NCBI RefSeq assembly: GCF_009914755.1 | Contig: NC_060931.1 | DNA length: 64,000 nt | Direction: 5' to 3' (one strand) | From: the human T2T-CHM13v2.0 reference genome, Homo sapiens | Part shown: piece by piece, positions 14,917 to 31,477 of the stretch | How the letters are laid out: every line of letters starts with the position of its first letter | Numbering within the stretch: position 1 is the first letter of the stretch | Notes under the pieces: generated by a model | Databases searched by the model: none | What the model was told of the DNA's origin: nothing | The model's input: only the letters and a program-made list of their open reading frames with translations | Made by a program: the position numbers and the translations under genes

Positions 14917-15599
14917 TAAAATATTGTTTTAAAATAAGTCCCCTTTATGATCATTCTCAGAAATTTGTTAGAAAAGAAGTTCCCTTGCACATATAAAAAA
15001 TTTTTTTCAATTTATAAATTATCCTTCTACACTAATTTCCAAAGAATAATCATTGAGATGAGTTAAAGCTTTTCACTATTCTTTGAATATTATATCAGCA
15101 TATCCAACTGTTAATTGAATTTGAGATCCACTAGTAAAGCAAAAAGCTTGTGACTTTGAAGACTATTTAAAATGTACAATGTTTTATTAATTATCATTAG
15201 TAGTACTATTATACAATGGTTGTACCCTTGTAAGTTTGTTAAGAAACAGCTGACATTGAAATTGTCTGCATCTAAAGGACATGTCAGGAAAAGCAGAGAA
15301 ATCTTACCAAAAAAAAAAATTGAATCAACATCTCTTCTTTTGGTATTTACCCCTTTCACATCAATAAACATTTACTGAATATCTGCTAAGTGCCAGGCAT
15401 CATATCAGTTTCTATACCGAAAGAGTAAAGACGTTTCTGTATAGTATCTATATAGATATTGAACATTAAGCATTGTTCTTTGGAATTATTCCAGCCTTGA
15501 GATAAGGCTAAAAGGGCCATAAAAATAAAATGAAGAAAGATGGATTTTATAAAGGATAGAGGCAATTGGGGATGTTATGGAAAGACAAACTACACAGCA

Positions 15600-16560
<961 letters not shown>

Positions 16561-16827
16561 CTTAGCTGTCCATATAAACTACATCATACTCAGAATGTGA
16601 TATAAGTTCTGGAGGCCTTGATTGAACAGCACTGCACAACCACATGCCATAAATTTTATGTGTGTGTGTGTTAGTTTGTGTGTGTGGTGTATGTACACAC
16701 AAATGACTGTCTCCATCTCTTACCTGATAGTTTTACTTCACAGCTGAAGATATTTATGAAGAAAGTGGTTTTTAAAAGAAATTATACTTATGCTGTAAGT
16801 ATAAATATACACAGAAAGAAATATGTG

Positions 16828-17148
16828 GGCTGGACACAGTGGTTCATGCCTGTAATCCCAGCACTTTGGAGGCCAAGGCAGGAGGATCACTTGAGCTCAG
16901 GAGTTTGAAACCAACCTGAGCAGCATAGGAAGACCCTGTCTCTAAAAAAAAAAAAAAAAAAAAAATTAACATAGCCAGTCATGGTGGCACATGCCTGTGC
17001 TCCCAGCTACTCAGGAGGCTGAGGTGGGAGGATCACTTGAGCCAAGGAGATCGAGACTGCAGTGAGCTCTGATCACACCACTGCACTCCAGCCTGGGTGA
17101 CAGAGCAATGAGACCCTGGCTCATTTAAAAAAAAAAAAAAAAAAAAAA
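16828..17148 (+). mobile_element. AluJ
   Basis: Alu dimer with expanded central A-run and A tail. Confidence 0.9.
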
Positions 17149-17444
17149 GGCTGGGCACAGTGGCTCACGGCTGTAATCCCAGAATTTTGGGAGGCTGAGG
17201 TGGGCAGATCACAAGGTCAGGATGTTCAAGACCAGCCTGGCCAACATGGTGAAACCCCGTCTCTACTAAAAAAACAAAAATTAGCCAGGTGTGGTGGCGC
17301 ATGCCTGTAGTCCCAGCTACTCGGGAGGCTAAAGCAGGAGAATTGCTTGAACCTGAGAGACGGAGGTTGCAGTGAGCAGATCATGCCACTGCACTCCAGC
17401 CTTGGCGACAGAACAAGACTCCATCTCACAAAAAGAAAAGAAAA
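17149..17444 (+). mobile_element. AluS inserted in the tail of the preceding Alu
   Basis: Head-to-tail Alu starting directly after the poly(A). Confidence 0.9.
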
Positions 17445-17518
17445 GGAAGGAAGGAAGGAAGGAAGGAAGGAAGGAAGGAAGGAAGGAAGGAAGGAAGGAA
17501 GGAAGGAAGGAAGGAAGG

Positions 17519-17577
<59 letters not shown>

Positions 17578-17580
17578 GAA
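17445..17580 (+). repeat. Compound microsatellite (GGAA)18-GGAG-(AAAG)14
   Basis: Counted directly: GGAA 17445-17516, AAAG 17521-17576. Confidence 0.97.
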
Positions 17581-20500
17581 CATACGTCGATTACTACATA
17601 TATATCTGTATATTGAACTTCAGGAAGTTGACTTTTCTGTATTTTTCTTCAATAAATCATAACACAACACTCTTGTCCAAAAGCAGTAAAGATGGATAAG
17701 AAGGATCAAGTAACTTTCATAATCCACCCAACTATAAGGCATTAAGAATTTTTTTCCCAATTAACAGCTGATTTTTAGGAAGTGTTTAGTTAGATTTTCT
17801 TTCAAAGCAATTATTTTTCAGTCTGTGCTTCATGGTCTCCTAATGATTCCCTGGAGTCTCAAGGGCCAGGGGGAGCAGGTGCTAAGTGAACAGAGTTCTG
17901 AACTGCCTCAATCAGAGCCACTCTGCTTTTTATCTGGTTTTTTTTTTTTCAATAATGGAATTCCAACCAAGATTTTCTTTGAAGAAGGGTTCACTACATT
18001 AAAATAAGAATAAAAGAAAAAAAGAAAAAGGTTAAAAAACACTGCCTTAAAGAATCAGCAGTGGATTGAGGTTTGCACTATATAATTCAAGCTCTAATGT
18101 ATTTCATATTTCTTGGTTAGACTAAATTCAACTGTCAGCTTTATAGGCCTTTCTTTGTGCTAAAATGAGAAATACCATTTGAATACAAAAATATCCAGGT
18201 AGAGGGAAAACAAAATGGGTTTTTGATAAGTATATTTATTCTCTGATGCAGCTATTTCTAAATTTACTTATTATTTTTAATGGCTTTATTTATGTACCAA
18301 TCTTCAAGTTAATGATTCATAACAGAACACCAAAATAATCTAATTGAACAACAGAAGCCCACTGTAAATGCCAGCTGCTGCTATGTTTCATATACTGTAA
18401 ACAAATACCCACCTCATTTTAATAGTTTCTTAGTAGAAAGATTACCTTAAAGGAAAAGATCCACCAAACTCATATTTAAATAATAATTTTAGCTATTTTC
18501 GCAATCTAGAAACAACAGGGGCTCCGGGTAACTGAAACTGGGGGTGCTCCATCATAAAACATCCAGAAGACCAGTGGGGTGAATTTGATCTGCTGGTGAA
18601 CACAATGAAGACTAATAAGCAAAAATGGGCTTCTTCCAACAGAAACCTCCTGCCAACCTGTGCACAACATTGTGCAATTGCAGAACGGCACTTCACTGGA
18701 AGTCAGGGAAACACTTGCAATCAAGTCCAGGCTCTGTAACAAGTTAAGTGAATCCAAAACCTTTACAGCTGAACACATAAAATTATTCAAAAGCTCTAAC
18801 GAGGTGAGAAGCAACCAAACTTGATTTTCATCTCTGGGAAACCCTATATTAGCACTGTAACCCACAAGGCCCTCTTCCACTTCCAAACTCCTCTGGCATT
18901 CACTAGCCACACCTTCATTTGGCACCCAAGAGTGTTAGTTACCGTTTTATAGGTAACTCCCCAACTAAGTTGTAAGCCCCTAAAGGGTATACATAGGTCA
19001 TGTCTCACTCTTTTCTATACATCCTAAAATTCTTAGAATTTTGCTAAGCATTTGCAGATGCTAAATAAATGTATCTTGACTGTTTGTTTAATTGTAGATA
19101 TGGTTTATATTACCACCCGTTTACAATGTTGATAGTTTCATATGGTTGTGTCAGACGACATTCCACTCCTTTAAATGCCAGTCAGGAGAGTAACGGAGAA
19201 AATAAGCGGCCAGATCAGGCTGTATTGACAGCCATGCAACTAATCTGATACTACCTCTCCATGCATGCGTCCCTCCCAAAGACCAAGTGCCCACTCTGTT
19301 CTAGGGCTAAGTGTTTTCTGTTCCTGCTATGCTTTGTACCAAGTCAGAAATAAGATTTGGATTCAAGTCTTAGCTATGCCAATGAGTAAGCAATTTGAAT
19401 AGATGACCTTAGCTCCAATTATCTATGATTCTATGATTCTAACTTCAGGCCTTTACCTTCCAATATCAGAATGGCCCCTCCCTCACAGTACTAAAATTAC
19501 TTATCTTCCATGATATGTCCCATTATCATCATCAATACACCCATGTTCAAAGGCCATTTCTGACTTCTGCTACAAGGTCAACATACTCATGAAATTATTT
19601 ACACTTCTAAAGATAACACTGTTAAATTTCTTGTCTGATCTTTACGTCATACCTGCGTTCATTTAATAAACACAAGTGGGTAGTTGGGTAATATGGGAAA
19701 AGACACTCATTTAGGGAAGTTTCTAACATATTCCTGCTTTCAGCAGCAAAGATAAGTTATGGCTCCATTTGCAAATAAGCACCAATAATAGTAAATAAAA
19801 CTAAATTATTTTTATACTGGTCACTAGGAAGGTTGTTTTCATCTTAAACGGCAGCTTAGTAGCCTTGAGAATAATCTGATCTCTCCCATTTTATAAGAAA
19901 CTTATTTTTATTGTCTCATCAACATCAAATGATATTAGGGAGTTTCACAATGACTGTGACAATAAATGGCTTAGAAAGAAAATTCAGTAACAATTTTGAT
20001 AGGTTTTAAGGAATATATGAGCTAGATAAAAATATATGAGCCATATAGAGATTTGATGCAATTTAAATTAATATCTACCAGTTTTGAAAAATAAAGTTTC
20101 TCAGAACCTAATGTAGCTTTCTTCTGCAAAAAAGACGAGGCATATCACCTAAAAAGACCTGTCCCTAACCAACTGTTATCCAAGTAATTAAAAAGAAAAG
20201 TGAAAATTTCACCTCTTCATACATGTTAAGCAAAACCAGCCATAATAAAATCCCTGATGAAAGGTGAGTTTTAAAAATAAAAGTGAGACGTAGGTAACAG
20301 AATCCTCCAAGAAATACTTAAAAGGTTAGTTTTCCTCAGCCAAAATCATATCAACATTTTCGTATATTTTGGATATTAACCTCAGTACAAATATTAGATT
20401 ATCAAACATAAAATATAAAAATATTTGGCTAATGGTATAGTAAGGTTTTGTTTCATTTTTAATAGAGTGATTAGCCATTCACAAAAATCAGTCAATATTA

Positions 20501-20649
20501 CTCCTCCATAAATTATGACAAAAAATATACAAACTCTGAATGAAGCATTAATTGGGAAAAGAAAAAAGCTAAATATTTTTATTGTGAAACTAATAAAATA
20601 AAAACCTCAGTCTAGTAGAGAATATACACTTTGTGTTGATTAAAATTTT

Positions 20650-20870
20650 ATATCACTATGTTAAACACAGTAATACTGAAAATTGTTATTTTAATTACCT
20701 CATTTAATCTCTACATTAACCTTATTTTTATCCCCATTTTAAAAGATATAAACCGATGCTCAGAGTGCTTAAGGAATCTTCCCAAGGTCAAAGAAACAGT
20801 AAGTAGCAGAGCTGAATCCAGATTATTTGACCCTGTAAACTAGGTATTTAAGCACTATGCTACACTGCCT
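20650..20870 (-). mobile_element. MIR
   Basis: cctcatttaatctctacattaacc...ccccattttaaaagat...cccaaggtcaaag core. Confidence 0.75.
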
Positions 20871-22373
20871 CCAGTTATTCATAACTCCCAATAAATATTC
20901 AACACTCCCAATAAAACACAGGGCACGATGAGTTATTGATTTCATAACTGCTACTGCAGCATTCAGATACTACTTATTTGGAAAAGTGTTCTGAATACAC
21001 AATTAATTCAATCCACTATGTAAAAGGTAAATGTTCAAGTCTCATTCAAATGGAGAAGGGGTAGAAAAGGAAGAAAAGTACAAAGTCTATATGGAACATC
21101 AATTAATAAAAAATATTATCAGGGTTGTCTTTAAACTTCACAATTACTGAAGGTCCTTATTATCTTGCTGTCATTTCAGCACTCTCAATTGCCTCTTAGA
21201 ATTTGAAATTTCACTGTTGAAACAAAAGAAACATAAAATATATGTGCATTCTAAAAAATTCTGCCCTTTTGCAATTTATCTTCTACATTTATTACCTGGA
21301 TCTTCTAACACTCGACTAGAAACTAAAGCAATCCAACTGTATATACAAAATGTAAAACTGGAAATGCCAGAAAATCAACATGACCTTTCAAATATAACAT
21401 TTTCCACAATCATTTACTTAATACTAGAAAAACATTTTACAGTATTTAAAGCATAATCTTTATGTGTAATACTTTCGGCAAATATAAAAGCAAATACAGA
21501 ATAAAGTCAACCACATTTTTAAACCAAAACTGCAATTAATTTTAAACTACTACTTTTTCTCCAGTAGTTCATTATCTATCTATTAAAACATTCATAACCA
21601 TATTAGTGTGCTCTCCGTTTCAAATACAAAGCTGATGTTAACCACTGTACTAGTCACCTCCTGTACCTGGTAGGGACTGCTAGTATAACAAACCCCTCCC
21701 CTGACACCAATTTCCCTATATTAGTTTGCTTGAGAACAAAAATATGTATTGGGCAAAGAAATGAGATAAGCCTTCTCTGTAAGCCAGCAAGACCACTCTT
21801 GATTAATCCCCAACGTACTGGCCTCAACAGCATGGCTTCTAACCAACCAGAATCCTCAGTCAAAAATACTTTAAACAAAGATAAAAATTAGCTAGAAGAT
21901 CATGTTACCCTAAAATTAAATTTTATTTGAGAGCAAATGTATAGCCTTTATATTTTCTGATCCAATCACATCTTTGTTAAAAGCAAAAGATATGTAAATC
22001 AACACTAATAGGATGTTAGATTTTCCAAGAGAGAATCACACTTCAGATAAACTACTACTCAAAATCTTTTTTATTCCATAATCAAATAGCAATCCTTAAG
22101 AATATACCTTTCATTCCCTTTTGACTACTTTAAGTATTTCCAAAAGAAGCTGAACAGAAAATACTTTTCTTCAGACTTTTTTCCGCACATCTCCTAGCAG
22201 GAGAGAAAAATTAGCAAAACAAATGAACTCAGAATCATTAAAAGGTGTGGACAGTGTCCATCTTATAGCTTTAATACCTAAGAATTAGGAAGAAAAAGAG
22301 ATCAAGGAAATAAAGCGACCAACATAATACCTGGCTGAAGGACAAATTCTATACTTAAAATTAAGTATGGCTC

Positions 22374-22705
22374 TAAAAAAGGATGAGTTTATGTCCTTTG
22401 TAGGGACATGGATGAAGCTGGAAATCCATCATTCTGAGCAAACTATCCCAAGGACAGAAACCAAACACCACATGTTCTCACTCATAGGTGTGAACTGAAC
22501 AATGAGAACACTTGGACACAGGATGGGGAACATCACACACCGGGGCCTGTCGTGGGGTGGGGGGATGGGGTGGGATAGCATTAGGAGATATACCTAATGT
22601 AAATGACGAGTTAATGGGTGCAGCACACCAACATGGCACATGTATACACATGTAACAAACCTGCACATTGTGTACATGTACCCTAGAACTTAAAGTATAA
22701 TAAAA
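22374..22705 (+). mobile_element. 5'-truncated L1PA (PA4-6-like) 3' end
   Basis: Canonical L1PA 3'UTR; perfect 17-bp TSD aaaattaagtatggctc (22357-22373 and 22706-22722) at a TT/AAAA endonuclease site. Confidence 0.95.
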
Positions 22706-23519
22706 AAAATTAAGTATGGCTCCTACCGACTCTATGAATTCAGTTCATATTTCTTTAATGCAAAGAGAGAAAGAGCAAAGTTACTGAATGAAGAGATAAA
22801 AGTGTAAAACATCAACAAAGCAACTAAATTAGATACCTCACCTATCACAGAGAAAATCAACAAGGCCCAATGAATTTATATGTACACATTTACCTTTGGA
22901 ATAATACGTCATCTGCTTTTTGTATTCTAGACATGTTCTATTCCATTGACTGGGAAAAATCGAAAAGGTGGCCTTTGTAGCAGAGGACAAACAGAACTCA
23001 GGCTTAGTGTAACAGAGCAGCAAAATAAGGTGAGAGAAAAGCAGCTGAGAAGGGGAGGTTTACATTCAACATGTATAAAAATAATGTATATTGGCTTTTT
23101 TTTTTTCATGAGGGAAGGAAGGTAACTGGCTACCCTAAGAATGAAGCAGAATCAGCATGGCAAGAAACAAAACAGGCAGAAAATTAAAGGATCCCTGAGA
23201 ATGGTTTATACCCCAAACAAAACAAAAGTGAGACAAAGTAGAAAAAAGACCAAAACCCAAACTAAGACAAAAACCCCAATCCTCTCTCTTACATTGAGAG
23301 AAGCAGAATAAGACAACATCAAGAACAAAATATCTGCATCCAGAAGTCAGACTCACACACACACATACTCTCAGAGCAGCAGGAGAACAAAAGGACAACA
23401 TATTTTACAATATTAAGATAAAACTAGTACAATTATATTTTTAAATATTAATTTTTTTTAAAAAAGAGAAAGAACAGGTTGGTCAGCTCTGCCCATAGAT
23501 GCTTCCAAAAAACTCCATA

Positions 23520-24900
<1,381 letters not shown>

Positions 24901-25054
24901 AATTCTCAAATTTAGGAACAAAAGTACTTCCACTATGTCTTTATTCAAACTATATTCCTTATTTTGAATGTTCTTCCCTTCCTTCAAAGGTCAATTCAAG
25001 TTGATGTCTCTGCTCTCTCCCTAATCACTCAAGATCACCTTGATTCAAAAATTA

Positions 25055-25450
25055 TTTAGTGAGAGCCTACTGCATTATATTTACAAATAAGTAAATCCAG
25101 TGAATTTTGTGATATAGTAGCACACAGCAAGGAAAATTTATAGAGGCCACTAAACATTTAAATTGTATCTGAAAAAATGAGAAGATATGATCCAAATTTT
25201 AAAAATGAAACAAAGGCCCAGGTAACGAGAACTTATTGTCTATAAATTAGTCTCATTGGGGTACAGAATGCTAATGTTGTAGTGAAAAAGAGAAAAAGCT
25301 GAAGAGGCAAGCAGAGCCAGGTAGGATAGGTCTTTTAGGCCAATTTAAGTAAGTTTTTCTTAATCTAAGGGCAACTAGAAGCCACAGAACCATTTTAAGC
25401 AGCAGAATGCTGGTCAGAGAAGAATTTTACAAAGACCACTGACTGCAATC
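25055..25450 (-). mobile_element. L2 fragments
   Basis: Reverse L2 end and aagatcact-like motifs. Confidence 0.5.
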
Positions 25451-25701
25451 TTGAGTTTAACCAGCACTTCAGTGAACAGAGTTGAAACTGATTCAAATAT
25501 CAAATATACTCTTATTTATTCAATAAGTGAATTTTAAACCACTATGGAATAGAATGCTACAGAAAGGTGAAATAAGGTACTGTGCTGCTCTACTTCCTTA
25601 ACTGAGGGCTTGGAACAATCACTGTTGCAAGTCAATTTAAACAACCAGACAATCAGACCATGTTAAAGATGAGACCTCTAATAATAAAAAATCATAGTTG
25701 A

Positions 25702-26380
<679 letters not shown>

Positions 26381-27925
26381 TGACCATTGAATTTCCCCAT
26401 GTTTAGCCTGGGTAGTGAGAAACCAGTTTCAGGGAGAGAATATTATCTATCAGGGAGAGAATATTATCTATCTTGTCACCCAATTCAATCCTCTAAAATG
26501 ACCTTCTATGTGCTTGCTACAAAAAAAAAAGTTCTTCCAAACAAATACATTCAAAAAATAAAGTTTGTTTGACTGCATGCTTCTCTAGAATGCTTTTAAA
26601 ATTTTCTTCTCCCCATTCTCAATATCATAAATCAGGTAACACCTAACAGGAATTGTCTGTACTATTTCTTATTTGCTGGTGACAATTCCTTTTTGATTCC
26701 CCATGTCTACTTTAGGGGTTAGTGGTTTAACAGTCATTCTTACATCTTTTGTCATAGGATATTCCACCGTTCTGTCTTTAGATATATGATACACTTTGAA
26801 GTTAACAGAAGAAAGTAAATTAGTATAAATACAAAAAGTTGATATTACAATATAATAAGCATGTCAATGGTACTAACAGGAGATGACAATTACACCTTTA
26901 TCTCGAAGTAATCACCATCAACCATTCTCAAACTCAGAAGTGTATAGTTTTTTTTATAATTTTAATTCATTATCATGTCACTTACCATTTTTCTCTAAGT
27001 ATTTTAAACTATAGGGACATTTTGATTGAAACTAGAATTGTATTCAATACAACACCTCCCTCAGGAATTTAACTTTACAAGCCTATTTCTATTCTCTTCC
27101 CAAGAATCTTTCCATCTAATTCTACCTTGCCCTCGTGGCTTAACCCATACAGAGACTGGTCATAAGTGCTTTAGAATCTAGCATTTTCTTCCTACAAACA
27201 GGAAATAATGTGTCTCTGACACTATCCAAAAATGTGGCAACATAATTTATGCTTTTGGAAGGAAGACTAACATCTCAAGCTGACAACTAGGTAATAAATA
27301 TGATTAAGACCCAAGCACACAATGAGAATATCCCAAAGGGTATACCTTTCAGAAGAAGACAAGGCTTAATCAGTGAGACATTTTCAGCAAAAAATACAGT
27401 CATTTTTTTCTCAGATGCTCCTAAATAACCATCTTTTTGGCAGTATTGACTTGTTAGCCCCAAATCATTATTTCCCTTCTTTACTATTAATCTTCAAAAC
27501 AAAAAAATTTAAGTCTATGATAGTAACCAAGTCTGACTCATTAACCGAACAATTCCCCACTATTCTCTGAGTTTAAATTCACATAGGATTCTTACAAACA
27601 GCTTATGAAGTCCTCAAAAATAACCTATGAAGTATGTGTTATCTCTGCTTTCCCAGAAGGAAAATGAAGTTCACAGACAAAAAGTGACTTGTTCATGTTC
27701 ACATAGGTAATAACAGAGCTAGCACCTGAATAAAGATCTTACATATCCTTTTCACTATATATCACCACTTTAACATCTGGATATTTATATTTAAAGCCTA
27801 TTTTTTAACTTTTAATATAGAAGTTTTAACTGAATGTTTAGAGTATTAGCATAATGTAGTCATATACATCAGACAGGTCTCAAAAAATCTTCTAATATGT
27901 TGTCATAATCCACATACTCAGACTA

Positions 27926-28262
<337 letters not shown>

Positions 28263-28499
28263 CATAGTGAGACTCATAAAAAGCACAAGCTAATTCATTT
28301 ATAAACTGATTCAAACTGCCCTCACATAATAACAGTGCTAAATAGTTATTAATATTTAACAAAACTAAATAATAATTATTCAGTATTTAAATCTGACACT
28401 AAAAAAAACTCTTATTCAAGCAACTATTAAACAAATAAGCTCCTGGGAAAATACCAAGATCCTTAGTAAATAATCTGCAATACCAATAAAACTAAAAAT

Positions 28500-28940
28500 A
28501 AAGGCCAAAAAGGCTACATACTGTATGATTCTAACTCTATGACATTATGGAAAAGGCAAAAACATTGGAGACAGTGAAAAGATCAGAAGTTACCAGGGGT
28601 TAGGAGAAGGGAGGGATGAATAAGCACAACCCAAGATTTTTAGGCAGTGAAAATACTCTGTATACTATAAGCATACATACATGGCATTACACATTTGTCC
28701 AAACCCACAAAATGCACTACACCAAGAATGAACCCTAATGTAAACAATGAACTTTGGGGGATAATGATGTGTCCATGTAGTTTCATCAATTGTAGCAAAC
28801 GTACCATTCTGGTGGGGGATGTTGATCATGCAGGAGAGGCTATGCATGTGTGAGGGCAGGGAGTAAATGGGATATCTCTGTACCTTCCATTCAATTTTAC
28901 TGTGAACCAAAAGACCCTAAAAAAAAGTCTATTTTAAATA
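28500..28940 (+). mobile_element. L1MC 3' end
   Basis: aaggctacatactgtatgattc...atttgtccaaacccac...aaccctaatgtaaac. Confidence 0.8.
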
Positions 28941-29798
28941 AGGCAAAATATCTGCGGCAATCTTAATCTTCTCCTATCAATTATTACTTCACAGGTCCTC
29001 TGTTAACTATTTAGTAGAAAGCATCCTTGGCTGTCAATGCTAACCTTCTGCACAGCTCTTATTTACACACACATTGCTCCTCATAACATCTGCTCTGCCC
29101 ACTGTAGCCTGCTTATCCTCTAATGGTCATCAGTATACTGAGTCCAAAGACAGGGAAGGAGTCAGGTACAAACGAGATGGAGAAGACAGGTAGTGGGGCT
29201 AAGGAAGCAAAGAACTGCTAAAGAGGGAAGTCAGCAGATAAATCTGCAGGAGAAAATCTGCAGCAACAAGGAGAAAAGAATCCTGAGTTGATACAAATTT
29301 GTTTATTGGTTTACATAATGGGAACATCATATGAAATGAAATTATCCTAAAATACAAAACATGATGACATTACAAACATTTCCCTTCTTTAAAAAAAAGT
29401 CTTTGCTGTATACAATTCCGTAACTAGAACTTGATAATCTGTTTGCAACGTGTCCCCCAGCGACAAGCAAGATGATTTTTCAAAAGTTGACTGTAAATGC
29501 TACATTTTTCAAAGGAAAGATATATAAAAGTGTGTGTGACAAAGACCTATGTCTCAGAATAACTTGGAAAAAAGTACAAATATTAAATTTTTATGATTTA
29601 TTGCCTGAAAGAAAGTTGTACACTTTTATATTCTGGGTATTCTTAATCTAAGAAGTCAAGAACATACTATGTATTACCAAACTGGGCAAGAGTTCAATGA
29701 GATTCTGAAAGTTATACCTAACGTACTATGTATTACCAAAAACATACAATATGTTTAGTAACAAATAGTATGTTAGGTATGTTAGGTATGACTGTTAG

Positions 29799-29800
<2 letters not shown>

Positions 29801-29841
<41 letters not shown>
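29801..29841 (+). repeat. (GT)20 microsatellite
   Basis: Seen directly. Confidence 0.97.
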
Positions 29842-29842
<1 letters not shown>

Positions 29843-30589
29843 TCACTTGCTTGCTTTGGTCATCGGTGAGGAAGCCAGGCTAAGCAACTAACAAAGAGTC
29901 CAAATATCTGATTCATTTATGAGAGGCTAAGGGCTCCAGTGGCAAATCAGGGACCTATAAGACAGGCTCAAAGATGGTTCTGGCAGGATCCACCACCACC
30001 ATCACTACCACCTCAGCAAAATACAACCTTCTTCATCTGAAGTTTCAGGGAAGCACAAAGGCTCGAGTTCTGCCAGCAGTCCAGCTCAGTAAACACTGAT
30101 TAAGCACCAGTGAAGTACAAAGCATTAGGTTAAAGGTGATAAAAGACACTGAATAGGAGGAAATATAGCCCCTACTACCTTAAGAATTTTCCAGTAAAAA
30201 ATATGGTAAGACTATAATCCAGGCAAGGTAGACCAAGTACTAAAAGAGAAATACAAAGAAGGCATTCAGAGGTTTCCTCAAGGAGATGCTCTAGAATGAA
30301 ACCTGAGGCTATTACTCAGATGACCAACAAGTTCATGCTATAGCCACTGCTCGTTTATAATTTTCTCCCATTCAATGTACTACTTCTACACCAGAGATGT
30401 GAGAAACTTGAAAAAGGCTATTTTGTTCTAGCTGATTATTAAAGGGGGAGAATTCTTGAATATAAAGTAAGATATAAGGTAAAGCAAGCAGGAAAGGATT
30501 TGGAGCAAGGTGTGTCATAATGCTAACATGGCACAAAGCAAAATAATTCAACTTCCATTCAGTTTTACTGGTCAAAAGGAATAGCATCA

Positions 30590-30890
30590 TTTTTGTTTTA
30601 TTTTGTTTTGTTTTGAGACAGAGTCTCACTCTGTCACCCAGCCTGGAGTGCACGGGCACAATCTCTGCCCACTGCAACTTCCACCTCCAGGGTTCAAGAG
30701 ATCCTCCTGCCTCAGCCTCCTGAGGACCTGGCATCACAGGCATGTATCATCACACCCGGCTAATTTTTGTATTTTTAGTAGAGACAGAGTTTCACCATGT
30801 TGGCCAGGCTGTTCTCAAACTCCTGACCTCAAGTGATCCACCTGCCTCGGCCTCCCAAAGTGCTGGGATTACAGGTGTGAGCCACCATCA
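30590..30890 (-). mobile_element. AluS/J
   Basis: Reverse Alu with (TTTTG)n tail. Confidence 0.9.
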
Positions 30891-31009
30891 CTTCTATAAC
30901 ACATTTATATGCTGCTTTAATGGTTTACAAAGGACTCTCACATAAATGCTTACAATGAAACTCAAAGCAATCCTATGTCAGGTAGAGACTGTTATCCTCT
31001 CAGAGAGCC

Positions 31010-31477
31010 TACCCTCACAAGACAGTCCACAATGATCCTTGCCTCATGTCCTTGTGTAATCCACTCCCATACTGAATCAGGGCTGGTCTGTAGAACCAAT
31101 TGAATACATCTGAAATGATGGTGTATGACTTCCACAGGTAAGTCATAAAGGGCACTGCAGTTTCTACTTTGGCAGCTTGAATCTCAGGAAAGTCATCTGC
31201 CATCTCATGAGAATAGTCCCACGGCAAGCCCATTGTGGAAAGGAACCAACCTGCCAACACCAACTGGCCAGCCAAATGAGTAAGCTACCTTGGAAGTGAA
31301 TCTTTTAGCTCCAGTGATGCTCCTATAAAACTTCCACTCCTGCTGATATCTGACAGCAACCTCCAGAGAACCAAGCAAGGACCCTCAAATTGCTGACCCA
31401 CAGCAACCATGAGATAACAAACAATCATTGTTGTTTTCAGCCACTAAGGTTTTCATGTTACAAAACAACAGAGAACC
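31010..31477 (+). mobile_element. MLT1E/F-type MaLR LTR inserted in a MIR (~30900-31590)
   Basis: gtgtaatccactccca...ctgacccacagcaaccatgagataac...ttttcagccactaag; MIR halves on both sides. Confidence 0.7.

Noticed and set aside
17329-17662. RKEG/FLPS repeat ORFs
   Set aside because: Translations of the microsatellite and Alu.
18506-18925. 139-aa minus-strand ORF as a coding exon
   Set aside because: Non-ATG start, begins in an L2 remnant, no recognisable domain or convincing splice sites.
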